IMG/VR virus record: IMGVR_UViG_3300045141_000181
Location: 8,813 to 72,812 of that record
DNA from: a virus
Strand: one strand, 5' to 3'
DNA: 64,000 nucleotides
Shown here: one piece after another, positions 54,511 through 64,000 of the stretch
How positions within the stretch are numbered: position 1 is the first letter of the stretch
Layout of the letters: each line of letters opens with the position of its first letter
Program-made: the position numbers and the translations under genes
The notes under the pieces: generated by a model
The model's input: the letters and a program-made list of their open reading frames with translations, nothing else
Database searches by the model: none
Told to the model about the DNA's origin: nothing

Positions 54511-55533
54511 CTATCGTGGAATATCCGCATCAGTAATGCTTGTCCGCTTCTCCATCTGTATTGCGGTCCAAATCTCTAGCAATGCTGGCCGTGCGCCACT
54601 GGTCTTCTCGCCGCGAAACTGATTGCTCCGCTCTACACCTTGCGCGCGCAACGCTGCGCGATAGATACTCTCCGCTTCGTTGATTCCAATCAGCTCTTCT
54701 AGTGCTTCCTTGAGCCGCTGGAACACCTTAACCGTGGAAGCAATATCCGTCATCTCCTCACAGAGCACCAGCAACGCATCCGGCGTTATGTCTTCCTCGG
54801 TTTCCGGCTGTGCAAACTCGCGCTTGGCCTTGATGGACTGGAACAGTAGCTTGGCTACTTCGCGCTTTTGCTCTAAGTCCAACTCGCTCGACTTGGTAAC
54901 ATTGAACCGCTTGATTATGCGGTCCAGTTCGGCCTTGGCATCTTCGGCTTTGAAGTACTTCGGCATCTCCATCTGCACCAGATTCGTCAGGACGACGTTG
55001 ACTTGGTTTAGGCTGGCCTGTTTGATCTGCTGATTGAATCGCTCGGAATCGGATAGGTTCTCATCCACAGTGGGCGGTTCTTCACGTCGAATCTGCTGTA
55101 GTTTTCTGTCTCTTACTTCCTCTGCCGCCTGCCTGCTTCCGTTCAATCCGCTACCCTCGTTTCCGTCGTCATCCTCTGGAGCGATCCCGGCAACCGCCAT
55201 GAGCGTATATCGTCGCGCGTAAGTGATTGCGCTACCAAGCCCCTGAGGATCGCTCTTAATCGGGTTTATCGGATAGTCGCCTTCTAGGAACTGGCCACTA
55301 GCATGGATGAGTCTGGTAGTAAGTATTAACTGCCCAGAGTCCATTCCGGTGATCTGCACAATCGACAATCCGTACTTAGTAAACGGCTCACGTATCGCAT
55401 TCCATGCCGCCGAGAGCGATGCATACTTTGAGTTAAAGTGCGGATTCTTGCCATCCTTGGAGGCGTTCTCCACTTCTCCCTGCGCCTGCGAGAGCGCCTT
55501 TGCTAGGTCATTAATTGCTTCGCTCTGTCTCAT
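54511..55533 (-). CDS. erf: ERF-family single-strand annealing protein with long C-terminal extension
   Basis: KNPHFNSKYA, HASGQ, GSAITYARRY, EDDDG; start revised to MRQSEAI. Confidence 0.9.
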   Translation of the reverse strand: MRQSEAINDLAKALSQAQGEVENASKDGKNPHFNSKYASLSAAWNAIREPFTKYGLSIVQITGMDSGQLILTTRLIHASGQFLEGDYPINPIKSDPQGLGSAITYARRYTLMAVAGIAPEDDDGNEGSGLNGSRQAAEEVRDRKLQQIRREEPPTVDENLSDSERFNQQIKQASLNQVNVVLTNLVQMEMPKYFKAEDAKAELDRIIKRFNVTKSSELDLEQKREVAKLLFQSIKAKREFAQPETEEDITPDALLVLCEEMTDIASTVKVFQRLKEALEELIGINEAESIYRAALRAQGVERSNQFRGEKTSGARPALLEIWTAIQMEKRTSITDADIPR

Positions 55534-56916
55534 GCGGCCTCCATCTTCAGATTCCGCACGACTTCCAACATCGTATTTTCGTGGTCCTCGATCCGCACCA
55601 ATGCGCGGGTCTTGAGTTCTCGTTGCGCTTTGGCTATCCCGAATGAGACGCCAGCGAAATAGATTGCAGCGGCACTTCCGATTCCCGCCGCCCACAGAAT
55701 GACCGTGATCATTTGTACGCCAATCCAATCTGGGAAGCGGTCTCTTCCACTTCCTCTTTATCGAAGAACTTTTCGCCCATGAATGAGATTGCAACCAAGA
55801 CGTTACAGCGCTTGTGCCCTATTCTGAAGTCGTCACTGCCGCGCGTTCTAAATCCGTGAGACATGGCGTTCTTGAGCGTACGCTTTTCTTCCATGTCGCT
55901 ATACCAAACAGTCTCGAATGGTTTCCCGTTTCCGCCAATTATTTGGCCGGTTATGACTATGTACCTCATACGGCCACCCCGAATATCTCGTCTAGCGGCT
56001 CACTTCGGGCCATACGGCGGATCTGTTCCAGCTCTTGCGACTTACACTCCAAGCAAACGACACGGCCGCTGATCAGCGTGCTGCAATGATCGACGCAGAC
56101 CATGCCGTTGCACTTCTCGCACATCTGGCCATCGTGCTCATCGATTGCGTCTCGGCACCATACGCATTTCGGCAACGATTCGTAGTAGGCGTTTTCGCGG
56201 TCCATTTCGCTCATTTCGCATCCTTTATCTCGGCCAGAATGCAATTGGCGAGCCAGCCTGCCGCGCGCGCTCGCAATGCGCTCAGCGCCCGATCCAGCGC
56301 GTCCTCGACAATCCGCAGGCGCTTATTCAGCCGCTCTATCTCTGCCGCGCCGTCCTGCACTGATCGCGCGAGCACCGCTGGCGATACGGCTTTGATCTGG
56401 TCGATATTCATCCCTTTTCCTTTGTTGGCACCAAGATAAATGTCAGGAGCGCATCGGGCGATGGATAGCAGATGTTCTCTGGGGCTCATCTGCGCACCGC
56501 GCGGCCGGTCTCACGAATATTTCGGCGGATGGCCTTAATAGTCGCCACGATTAACATTCCGAAGCCGATAAGCAATGAGAGGGGATAGGCGTACATGCCG
56601 AGCCAAACGCGCGCAATCTGCCAGAACCCCAATGCCCACGGCCATACGGCGACGGCCAACAGGCCGAGCACCGCAACAAGGAACAGGTTCCAGTACATCC
56701 AGACTCGGGGCGTCATTGATTCACCTCCTCCGGTAAGTCGATCGCGCTTACTTCTCCCTCGTCATCGCGGTCGTAGTAAGTCTCCATGTAGAACTTGCAG
56801 CGAATCTTGATATCTCGCTTGAGGTCGTCGGCTTCCTCGTCGCTAAGTGGCGACACTCCCTGCCCGATCCCATCAAAGTGAAACAGAATATAGGCGTTAG
56901 TCATTTCAGCGTTCAT
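55530..56916 (-). CDS. Run of six small, translationally coupled early hypothetical genes (55530-55712, 55709-55969, 55966-~56214, 56211-~56411, 56486-56716, 56713-56916)
   Basis: Mostly ATGA-type overlaps; includes two TM proteins and a Cys-rich zinc protein. Confidence 0.55.
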
Positions 56917-57000
56917 GCTTTCCTCCCAAGTACCATCCGGTACGTAGTAGATCTTGCGAATACGCGAGCATCGCCCTTACCGTTGAGGTTCATGGCGTGC

Positions 57001-57192
57001 CTATTCTGCGGAGTCTTTTTGGCTGTCGTTTCCGACCGCGACGTTAAGCTTCTCGATGACGAACTCCCGCATCTTCTTGCCTTCGGCGGCAGCCTGAGAC
57101 TTTACCTGCCGGTGGAGATTGATCGGGAACGGACGAATCACTAGCGCCTGCCCCTCGTCTTCTCGTGCTATAGTTTGTGTCTCTTGTGTCAT
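57001..57192 (-). CDS. Arc/RHH-like regulator (Cro-position gene)
   Basis: LVIRPFPINLHRQVKSQAAAEGKKMREFVIEKL. Confidence 0.7.
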   Translation of the reverse strand: MTQETQTIAREDEGQALVIRPFPINLHRQVKSQAAAEGKKMREFVIEKLNVAVGNDSQKDSAE

Positions 57193-57211
57193 CTGTGTAT
57201 GGCCTGATGTA

Positions 57212-57240
57212 ACTGTACTCTTTTACCGCTTTACCGTCAA
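57212..57240 (-). promoter_or_regulatory. Early leftward promoter overlapped by TTACCG direct-repeat operator
   Basis: Minus strand TTGACG-N17-TACAGT; TTTACCGCTTTACCG at 57222-57236. Confidence 0.75.
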
Positions 57241-57285
57241 GTAGAATTACCGAAAAACCGCAAGTATTTTTTACGCATCACATTT

Positions 57286-57768
57286 ATGGGAAAAACCAGC
57301 ATATCGATCCCTGATGAATTGGAATGGGCGTTCAAGGCAGAAGCCAACAAACGCCGGATTTCTTACACCACGGCGATACGCGCCGCCTTCGCCGCGTTCG
57401 TCGAACGGAAAGATATTTCCGGAGAATGTATTTCCACGCCGCCCACAGACTCTTCTGTAGATGGTGGCTCAGCCAACACTGAGCGCATCGCGTTTCATCG
57501 TATGCTGGACGAGATTCTGGATTCGGGAATCCCGAAATACGTCACAGGAATAGAGGCAAATCTGGAATGGGGAGCCAGATCGACTAACCATAAGAAGGAT
57601 AAGGCACTTGTTGAAGGTCCAGGAGATACGGAAGACGAGCCGCCCCGCTCTGCGGAGCAGGCTAAACGAGACGCTGAAAGGGCAACTAAGCACGCTGCGG
57701 ACGCTCTTAGACGCGCGCGAGGAGTTAAATCAGGAGATCGAAAGACTCCAAAACGAGATGCTTCGTGA
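57286..57768 (+). CDS. RHH (CopG/Arc-like) regulator, candidate immunity repressor
   Basis: KTSISIPDELEWAFKAEANKRRISYTTAIRAAF; divergent from the early operon. Confidence 0.7.
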   Translation: MGKTSISIPDELEWAFKAEANKRRISYTTAIRAAFAAFVERKDISGECISTPPTDSSVDGGSANTERIAFHRMLDEILDSGIPKYVTGIEANLEWGARSTNHKKDKALVEGPGDTEDEPPRSAEQAKRDAERATKHAADALRRARGVKSGDRKTPKRDAS

Positions 57769-57822
57769 ATACGTACGAAATGGCAGCACACCAGACAATC
57801 TCTGGGAAATGTGACCAAACGC

Positions 57823-57847
57823 AAAAAGGCCCGGGTTTCCCCGGGCC
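57823..57847 (-). terminator. Intrinsic terminator between convergent late operon and repressor gene
   Basis: GGCCCGGG-loop-CCCGGGCC followed by TTTTT on the minus strand. Confidence 0.75.
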
Positions 57848-58055
57848 AAATGCTATATCCCTACAGTTCAGTGTTTAGATTATCACACTTGCTGTCCTGA
57901 TTCCACCGCAGCGAGTTTAATCCGGATCTCTTCCGCCAGCATCTGCAGCGGTTCGGCCGTAACAGGCGTCAGCTTCGTGACGCGCAGATCGTCCTGAATC
58001 ATCGCAATGACGCAGTCCAGACCGGCAATAAAGCCTTCTCGAAAGTCCTCGGACA

Positions 58056-58382
58056 TTAGCGCCGCAGGCTCTCCATGCGGTCCACCCGCGTGTCCGTATG
58101 GGAGATGTGATCGTTTACCCGCTCCATCTCGTCCTTTAGTTGCTGAATCTCGTTACTGGTGGTCTTGTCGGCAGAGCGGTATTCCACCATAAACGTTTTG
58201 AAGTCGGTAGCGAGCGAATCCATCTTTTCGCTCATCGTTTCCATCCGGTCTGAGTGTTTGGTGTAATCCACCAAAATCGTCCCGTAGTGCCCCAGCACGC
58301 TTCCGGCCGCGATCAACACGAATGTCCAGATATTCAGCCATCCCGGCTTTTTGCCCTGTTCCGACGTACCTAGATCTTGCAT
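58056..58382 (-). CDS. Single-TM coiled-coil protein (lysis-accessory-like)
   Basis: TM segment then heptads, at end of the virion module; start approximate. Confidence 0.55.
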   Translation of the reverse strand: MQDLGTSEQGKKPGWLNIWTFVLIAAGSVLGHYGTILVDYTKHSDRMETMSEKMDSLATDFKTFMVEYRSADKTTSNEIQQLKDEMERVNDHISHTDTRVDRMESLRR

Positions 58383-58706
58383 GGTAAAGGGGTTCCTGGG
58401 TAGAGTAAGTGCGCTAACTAATGATCGCAAATTAGCCTCGTTTCGGCATGCCGGTGCCGGAACTGGCGACGAGTGGAGGGGGTTCGCCTGGGACAGCCCT
58501 AGGCGCTAGGTGGCGGCGTTGGCGGGGATTTCTGGAACGCTACCAGCAGATTGCTCAGCAGGTCCTCGCTGGCATTCAGAATCACCATCCCCTGATTGGA
58601 ATGAATGAAGATCGGCGCGTCTTTCGCGGCTGTTGCCAGCAACGCCAACAGAATCTTCTCAAATGGGTTCATCTTTACTGCTCCTTGATTGTGTGATTGT
58701 GAACTG

Positions 58707-61700
58707 TTAGGGAATGTTTACGGTAGTTGCTGGTGAGCCATTTACCAGCCCATTCGAGCCACCTGTCGCGCCCGACAAGGTCCCGAACGTGTCGATGGTG
58801 ATGTTCGATAGTCCGACGCTAGAGAAATCCTCTACGTCGAAGTAATACTGCAGGTTTCCGTTGGTGCTGATTACCGAATCTCCGGTCCACTGGATCGCAC
58901 CCATGTCGTTGACCGCACCACCGCCTCGCTCCACGGACATATCGGTGTTGTCTATCGTGGTGCCGAGCATGTTATTGTTGGTGTTCACGCTGCTGGTATA
59001 GCTAAACACCGGGCCTCCCGCATCGTAAAAATATGCTCGCGTGCCATACATCCCGTTTCCGGTAGCATGACTACTGGTGAGCGCAACTCCGCCCGGTTTG
59101 CCTGGGCCAGAGTTACCTACCACGTCGTGCTCGTTGGTGATGTGAAAGCCGGAATTAACGTTATTAATCGAGGTGATGTTAGCTCCAGAGATTGACGTGT
59201 TTGCTGGAGAATCCGCGGCTGTCAATAAATCCAAGTGACAAGTGAACCCATTGCCGTTGCTTGCGGCGTGATCCGTAGAAACGCCGTTGCCCGACAGCGT
59301 AAGATTTATCAACTGTATGTTCACCAACCTGTCGAGCGAGTAGACATGGCCTACTGCTTCATTTGGTTCGATATCGATCCCGGCGTATGGTCCGTCGGGA
59401 GCCGCGCCGTTTTCACCCTTTGTGTTGCTGGAGGTCGTGTCGTGGATGTTGCATGTGTCGCAGGATATTATCGTTATTCCATTGCGGCTATTGTTGTCAA
59501 ATAACGCATTGGCTACCTCGATGCGCAGCGCGTATCCCCTGGTTCCTTCGCCGATGTATATTCCATCGCCGCCAGAGTTGTTACACGCTATGCCCTGAAA
59601 CAGCACGTCGGTCGACCCGGCGAATCTAATGCAATGCCGCGACTCCCCGCTGGTATATTCTGACTTTCTTCCTTCAATCGAACTAGACCCTGGAGATCCG
59701 TTGAACGTGATATTTGAGTGGTTGTCGCAGTTGATGATTGCAACCCCATCGCTGATTCCAGTATTTGCTTTGATATGGGCACCCGCATCCATGAGGACGT
59801 TCATGTGATCCACGCACGTTAATGGGTCAACGTTATAGAACCCGCTGGACGGCGCAGGCATCTCCAATATCTGAAGTGATCCAGCCGTAGACGTGAAGGC
59901 GTTCTGAATACACGTCGTATCGTTGCCACCAGAGCCAGCCGTGCTGCATCCAGACAGCGTTTGTAGTAGCACGGTAACCGATGCATTGGATGTTCTGAAC
60001 ACTCCCTGCGGCTGCTCTACGGCGCACTGAATTCGATAGTGATACAGGGTGGCAGCGGTCAAGCCCGTAGCCGAAACGGTTCTCGGTCCCGCCACAGTTC
60101 CCAGATCGTTAAATCTTGCCGGTGTAACTCCAGACGACGGTATGGCCGACGTCGATACATCAACCGGGCACCCTTGATGATCCGGCGCATTGAAGGCGAT
60201 TACTGCCGACGTGCTGGTGATTGTGTTTTCTGGAACTCGTGCGCCTGACACCTTGCCGGTTGCTCGTTCTAGCATCGTTATATTTGCGCCAACGTCCTGC
60301 GCATCCAAACCCTTACTGGCACCGCCAGATCGATAGGACGATGTATTGGACAGCCGATAGTTGTTGTCCGACAATCCCAGCCAATTTATATCGGTTAGAC
60401 TGGCCGGACTGGACGGCGCGAAGTTGGGCGTAGATCCCCAGGACGTGATCACCTGCGCCTGTGTCGAATCGACTGACCCCATGACGTTTTTGCTGAATAC
60501 ATAATTGGGCGTGAAGAAGCAATCCGCTAACGCCTTGGCTTGTAGGCCGGTACACGTACCAGTGCCCAATCCGCCTTCCATTTGCATGCCCTGTGTGGAT
60601 TGGTCAAAGTAGAAGAAGTTGGAGGCTACCAGCGTTCCCTCGACTGGGTAATTCTGAAGTCTGAAAATGTCTGGAGCGCTTCCGGTAGGGCCAACAAAAG
60701 TGTTATGGTCGACGATTATGTCTTCACCACCTCCAGGACCTTGAAACATCCAGCCCCTACCAGCTGGACCGCCCGTGGCCACGTATGTTCCGTTGATGTC
60801 ATAGAACAGATTGTTGTAAACCATCTGGCGGTTGGGGGGAATGGTTATCGGGTCATTTCCACCAACCAACTGAATGTTGATTCCGCCAGGACCGTGCTTG
60901 AAAATGTTATTGCAGATATTCGTATCGGTGATTCCCTCACCATTCACTGAGGTAAGTGTGAGAAACAAGCTGGTTGGGGTAACTTCGTTCCAGGTGCGGT
61001 CGAAGATGTTGCCGCAAACTAGATTGCGCCAGCCCGCCTTGAACTCCAGCGGTTGACGCATGTAGTAGTGGTGCCCGTCGCTAGTTGCGGAGCCTAGCTG
61101 CCATTCCTCTTTTGCGAGAAGCGTATTTCTAATGAAGGAGTAGTCGCCACGAACAAATTGTGTCCCACCCTGATCGTCGAAGTGAATCGTTACGCCTGCG
61201 CCCTCGATACGATTGTTGTAAAACACAACAGGGCCGGGTCCGCGCGTTATGGTTCCGCTAGCGCCTTCAGTGGTACTCCCGCCGCCGTCCCAATTAGTCA
61301 TGTTTAGAAACAGCGAGTTAATCCAAGCTGCATTGAATCCGTTTGCCGTGAAATTTGGACAGCTTGAGCCGCCCCACCTCTGGGGGGTTCCGGTGCTTGA
61401 GAAAATGTCGCGATCAAAGATCCAGTCAGTGTTCCAGGTGCTAGTTACGAACTGATTGCAGTATGGTCGATTGCTGCCATCGTTCTCGTTGACTATCTTG
61501 ATGCCAGGGCCGATTCGGATCTGACCCGCCATAGTTTCGTCTTGTCCATCAGCTTGCCCACCAGTGATGAACCACGCTAAAGAGCCGTTGTTGTTGACGT
61601 TGCCAACTGGAACCGTCAGGGTTGCCAGGAACCCGGCCGAGTCGTAATCCTCCGACATCCGGACGCCTTCCGGAGGCAATTGCAGATCTGAAGCGCTCGA

Positions 61701-62711
61701 CCGAATAATGATAGGTAGCAGACCCGGCCGCCGCTGGAACGTGCACGGCGTAGTTCCTTCCGTGCTCGGGCAGTTACCGGATGCCGATACGTGCGGCACG
61801 AAATACAGATCTTTAGTGGTCGCCCCGGCATCCGAAAACGCCATCGTTAGGTTGGACCCGTCCCCACAGATGACGTTGACGTTCTGGGTGCTAGTAACCG
61901 ATGCGATGTGAATCTTGTAGATCCCTCCCTCTACGAACCCATTCGCGAAGTTGCAAGAGGTTGAAGCTGGGGGCGTAGTGGTCCCGTCCGAATACTGCCG
62001 CCCAAACGTTACGATCTGCCCCTCCGTCCAAGTGCTTAACGGAAACGCGATGATTCCAGGCGTACCAGGCGTAACGTCAGAATCCCTCCATGCGTGACTG
62101 GTTGCGTCGGGAGCATGGACCGCAAATTGAACCTGTCCGGCAGTAAAGGCGGCCGATGGATTGCCAGCGGGACAGACGGCACCTGCCGGGATCTTAATAA
62201 CCGTGCATGTGCTTCCCTGTATCCCCTGCGCGGTGGCTATCCGCGTGTTTAGATCCGAGCAGTCGGATGCAGCCGTAACCACCGTACAGAGCGATGTATC
62301 CGGGTAGCTGGTATCGAATGATGCCGGGGCGGTCGGGAGCGCTGGGTGAGGATTGGGCAACGCGAGGAACGTTATGGCCGTAGATACGCCGCTGCTCCAC
62401 CCGTCCGAGTTGTGGACCTCTGGGCAAACGTTGTAGGTCAAGCCTGCGGTAGCGCCGGTCACAAGTACGCGCATCCCGCTCGTGAGATTTCCAGGTGGTG
62501 TTGCTTGGTCTCCGATTACCGTTCCACCGGTTCCACCGGTACACGTGCCTGGGCTGGCGATATATCTGACTTGCCAGTGATCATAAGCTCCAGACGTGTT
62601 GAATGTAATTCTGGCGTCGGAATGGCTTATCGCATCCACTCCGGTGATGGTGACAGTGGGGGGGACCGCAAACAGCGGCAACGCCAAAAGAAGCAGAGTA
62701 AGGCGTTTCAT
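58707..62711 (-). CDS. Large (1334 aa) beta-helix/FN3-like protein with signal peptide; spike/depolymerase or adhesin
   Basis: MKRLTLLLLALPLFA signal; FN3-like segments; parallel beta-helix repeats (GGDGIYIG, NNSRNGITII, GIDIEPN). Confidence 0.8.
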   Translation of the reverse strand: MKRLTLLLLALPLFAVPPTVTITGVDAISHSDARITFNTSGAYDHWQVRYIASPGTCTGGTGGTVIGDQATPPGNLTSGMRVLVTGATAGLTYNVCPEVHNSDGWSSGVSTAITFLALPNPHPALPTAPASFDTSYPDTSLCTVVTAASDCSDLNTRIATAQGIQGSTCTVIKIPAGAVCPAGNPSAAFTAGQVQFAVHAPDATSHAWRDSDVTPGTPGIIAFPLSTWTEGQIVTFGRQYSDGTTTPPASTSCNFANGFVEGGIYKIHIASVTSTQNVNVICGDGSNLTMAFSDAGATTKDLYFVPHVSASGNCPSTEGTTPCTFQRRPGLLPIIIRSSASDLQLPPEGVRMSEDYDSAGFLATLTVPVGNVNNNGSLAWFITGGQADGQDETMAGQIRIGPGIKIVNENDGSNRPYCNQFVTSTWNTDWIFDRDIFSSTGTPQRWGGSSCPNFTANGFNAAWINSLFLNMTNWDGGGSTTEGASGTITRGPGPVVFYNNRIEGAGVTIHFDDQGGTQFVRGDYSFIRNTLLAKEEWQLGSATSDGHHYYMRQPLEFKAGWRNLVCGNIFDRTWNEVTPTSLFLTLTSVNGEGITDTNICNNIFKHGPGGINIQLVGGNDPITIPPNRQMVYNNLFYDINGTYVATGGPAGRGWMFQGPGGGEDIIVDHNTFVGPTGSAPDIFRLQNYPVEGTLVASNFFYFDQSTQGMQMEGGLGTGTCTGLQAKALADCFFTPNYVFSKNVMGSVDSTQAQVITSWGSTPNFAPSSPASLTDINWLGLSDNNYRLSNTSSYRSGGASKGLDAQDVGANITMLERATGKVSGARVPENTITSTSAVIAFNAPDHQGCPVDVSTSAIPSSGVTPARFNDLGTVAGPRTVSATGLTAATLYHYRIQCAVEQPQGVFRTSNASVTVLLQTLSGCSTAGSGGNDTTCIQNAFTSTAGSLQILEMPAPSSGFYNVDPLTCVDHMNVLMDAGAHIKANTGISDGVAIINCDNHSNITFNGSPGSSSIEGRKSEYTSGESRHCIRFAGSTDVLFQGIACNNSGGDGIYIGEGTRGYALRIEVANALFDNNSRNGITIISCDTCNIHDTTSSNTKGENGAAPDGPYAGIDIEPNEAVGHVYSLDRLVNIQLINLTLSGNGVSTDHAASNGNGFTCHLDLLTAADSPANTSISGANITSINNVNSGFHITNEHDVVGNSGPGKPGGVALTSSHATGNGMYGTRAYFYDAGGPVFSYTSSVNTNNNMLGTTIDNTDMSVERGGGAVNDMGAIQWTGDSVISTNGNLQYYFDVEDFSSVGLSNITIDTFGTLSGATGGSNGLVNGSPATTVNIP

Positions 62712-64000
62712 TAGTTCTCAATCCACAACTGAATGTCTGAAGCAGAGAAAGTCGCTGTTGATATACCGTTCTGCGAGTAAAGATTGCAGGTGACAACATC
62801 ACCGGCAGTAAAGTGCTGAGAGAATGACGCCACTATCGCGCCAAAATTCACAATCGTTCCGTTTCCACCAGAGGCAGCTATTTGAGTACCATTTCTCATA
62901 ACAGTCAGGAATTCCCCGCCAGCGCCGGTGTCTGCGCCAGTCCTGACTTGACAAGCGCCGTGGTAGAAACCAGTTGCTACGACCGTGAATTGATCTGGAT
63001 TGGAACTCGTGGAGTGAGTAACTCCAGATGTGTTGTTGGCGTCATTGGTCCCGTCAAAATTTATATTTGATGACGTGCCCGCACCGACAGCCTGCGTTGA
63101 CGTAGCGGTAGCCAGAAACCACACCTTGCTTCCGCTTCCGCCACCTAGCGGCGTATCCGTTCCGCTGGAGTTAATCTGATGAAACGTCCCGTCTGTATTC
63201 GCGTACAGATGCAAGTTACCGGCAGATGGCGTAGATCCGCTCGACTGAGTTGTAAAGTCAGCACCGATCTGATACAGCCAATTGGCCGCAACGGTGCTGG
63301 TATTAGTTAGGCGCGGTATGATGCTGTAATCGAGCGACAGCACATTGGTTGATCCGGGCGAGCCAGGGCACGACGTACTTCCCCAACACATCCCGCCGCC
63401 TGACGCTAGCGAAAGCCATTGATGCCAGTTACCGGTGCCGGAACCAGTCGAATAGTAGAGCGGCAATCCGGCATTCGCGGCCGATGTATCGAAGTAGGCA
63501 CCGCCCGCGGCTGCCGCGCTGGGCGGGCTAGCGAATGTGCTCGTTTGGAAGCCGGTCGCTATACCGCTTCCCGCCGCAGCCCATTTCAGCCCCAGGGTTT
63601 GGGTTGAATCAGAGGTCAATACTTGCCCGTCTGTCCCAACTGGCAACCGCGCATTCACCGTAGAGAATCCATACAGATCTCCCTTGGTGGTTAATGGTGA
63701 CGAACTCCCGCCCGCTGCCCATTTGATGCCCAATGTTTGAGTAGAGTCGGCCGTCAGAACTTGCCCATTGGTGCCGACCGGGAGGCGTGCTGCGACTGTC
63801 GAGAATCCGTATATATCGCCCTTGGTGGTTAGCGGCGATACTGAGCATGGCCCCCCCGCCGTGACTATCCGGTAGGGATTGGACCCATATTGCAAACAAT
63901 CCCCGGCCGCTGGCGGGCTGCCGATCAGATACGCCATCGCCAATGTGCTTGATCCATTGCCGAACTGATACGTGTTCGACCCGGTATCGTAGGCGATTGC
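62711..64000 (-). CDS. Tail fibre-like protein with internal repeat and C1q/TNF-like C-terminal domain (5' end outside window)
   Basis: Frame is open to the window edge; two TTKGD..RLPVGT.GQVLT.DS..G.KW repeats; FTVVATGFY...TAGDVV C-terminus. Confidence 0.75.
   Translation of the reverse strand, partial: AIAYDTGSNTYQFGNGSSTLAMAYLIGSPPAAGDCLQYGSNPYRIVTAGGPCSVSPLTTKGDIYGFSTVAARLPVGTNGQVLTADSTQTLGIKWAAGGSSSPLTTKGDLYGFSTVNARLPVGTDGQVLTSDSTQTLGLKWAAAGSGIATGFQTSTFASPPSAAAAGGAYFDTSAANAGLPLYYSTGSGTGNWHQWLSLASGGGMCWGSTSCPGSPGSTNVLSLDYSIIPRLTNTSTVAANWLYQIGADFTTQSSGSTPSAGNLHLYANTDGTFHQINSSGTDTPLGGGSGSKVWFLATATSTQAVGAGTSSNINFDGTNDANNTSGVTHSTSSNPDQFTVVATGFYHGACQVRTGADTGAGGEFLTVMRNGTQIAASGGNGTIVNFGAIVASFSQHFTAGDVVTCNLYSQNGISTATFSASDIQLWIEN
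63575..63838 (-). repeat. Tandem duplication of a 42-aa fibre motif (46-codon period)
   Basis: SPLTTKGDIYGFST...GIKWAA and SPLTTKGDLYGFST...GLKWAA. Confidence 0.85.

Larger units (their letters stand above)
1..64000. mobile_element. Temperate tailed phage genome (podovirus-like head module), unintegrated/circularly permuted form, carrying a conjugation module
   Basis: Terminase, portal, scaffold and capsid genes, integrase/excisionase and DnaB/ERF replication genes are present. Virion genes lie on the same strand at both window ends, and no host housekeeping genes are seen. Confidence 0.92.

Noticed and set aside
63575-63838. Diversity-generating retroelement TR/VR pair
   Set aside because: It is an in-frame tandem protein repeat with mostly synonymous differences; no reverse transcriptase in the window.

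Overview
The whole window reads as one temperate, podovirus-like dsDNA phage in its unintegrated (attP-intact, circularly permuted) form; a PEP-CTERM gene and signal-peptide style tentatively suggest an Acidobacteriota-like host (inference). Minus-strand late genes include small and large terminase, a P22-like portal, scaffold, major capsid, head-completion and spike/fibre-like proteins, with virion genes at both window ends. A leftward early operon starts at a divergent pair of ribbon-helix-helix genes and carries an ERF recombinase, ASCH and RuvC-like proteins, excisionase, tyrosine integrase, a tRNA-Thr(TGT) 3'-half attP, a methyltransferase, a YdaU-like initiator and DnaB. The main surprise is a ~19 kb, apparently intact conjugation module (27678-46650) between the replication and late regions. 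It contains IncP-type trbB-C-D-E-J-K-L-F-G-I plus traF, a candidate oriT, an RHH accessory protein, a TrwB-like coupling protein and a MOBF/TrwC relaxase-helicase, with no integrase or att sites of its own visible. This makes it a candidate phage that is also an integrative conjugative element. Other features are an Acb2 anti-CBASS sponge in the head operon, four identically built leaderless-promoter cassettes, five HNH nucleases and a recurring TTACCG operator motif. All calls come from reading motifs by eye; no database searches were run.
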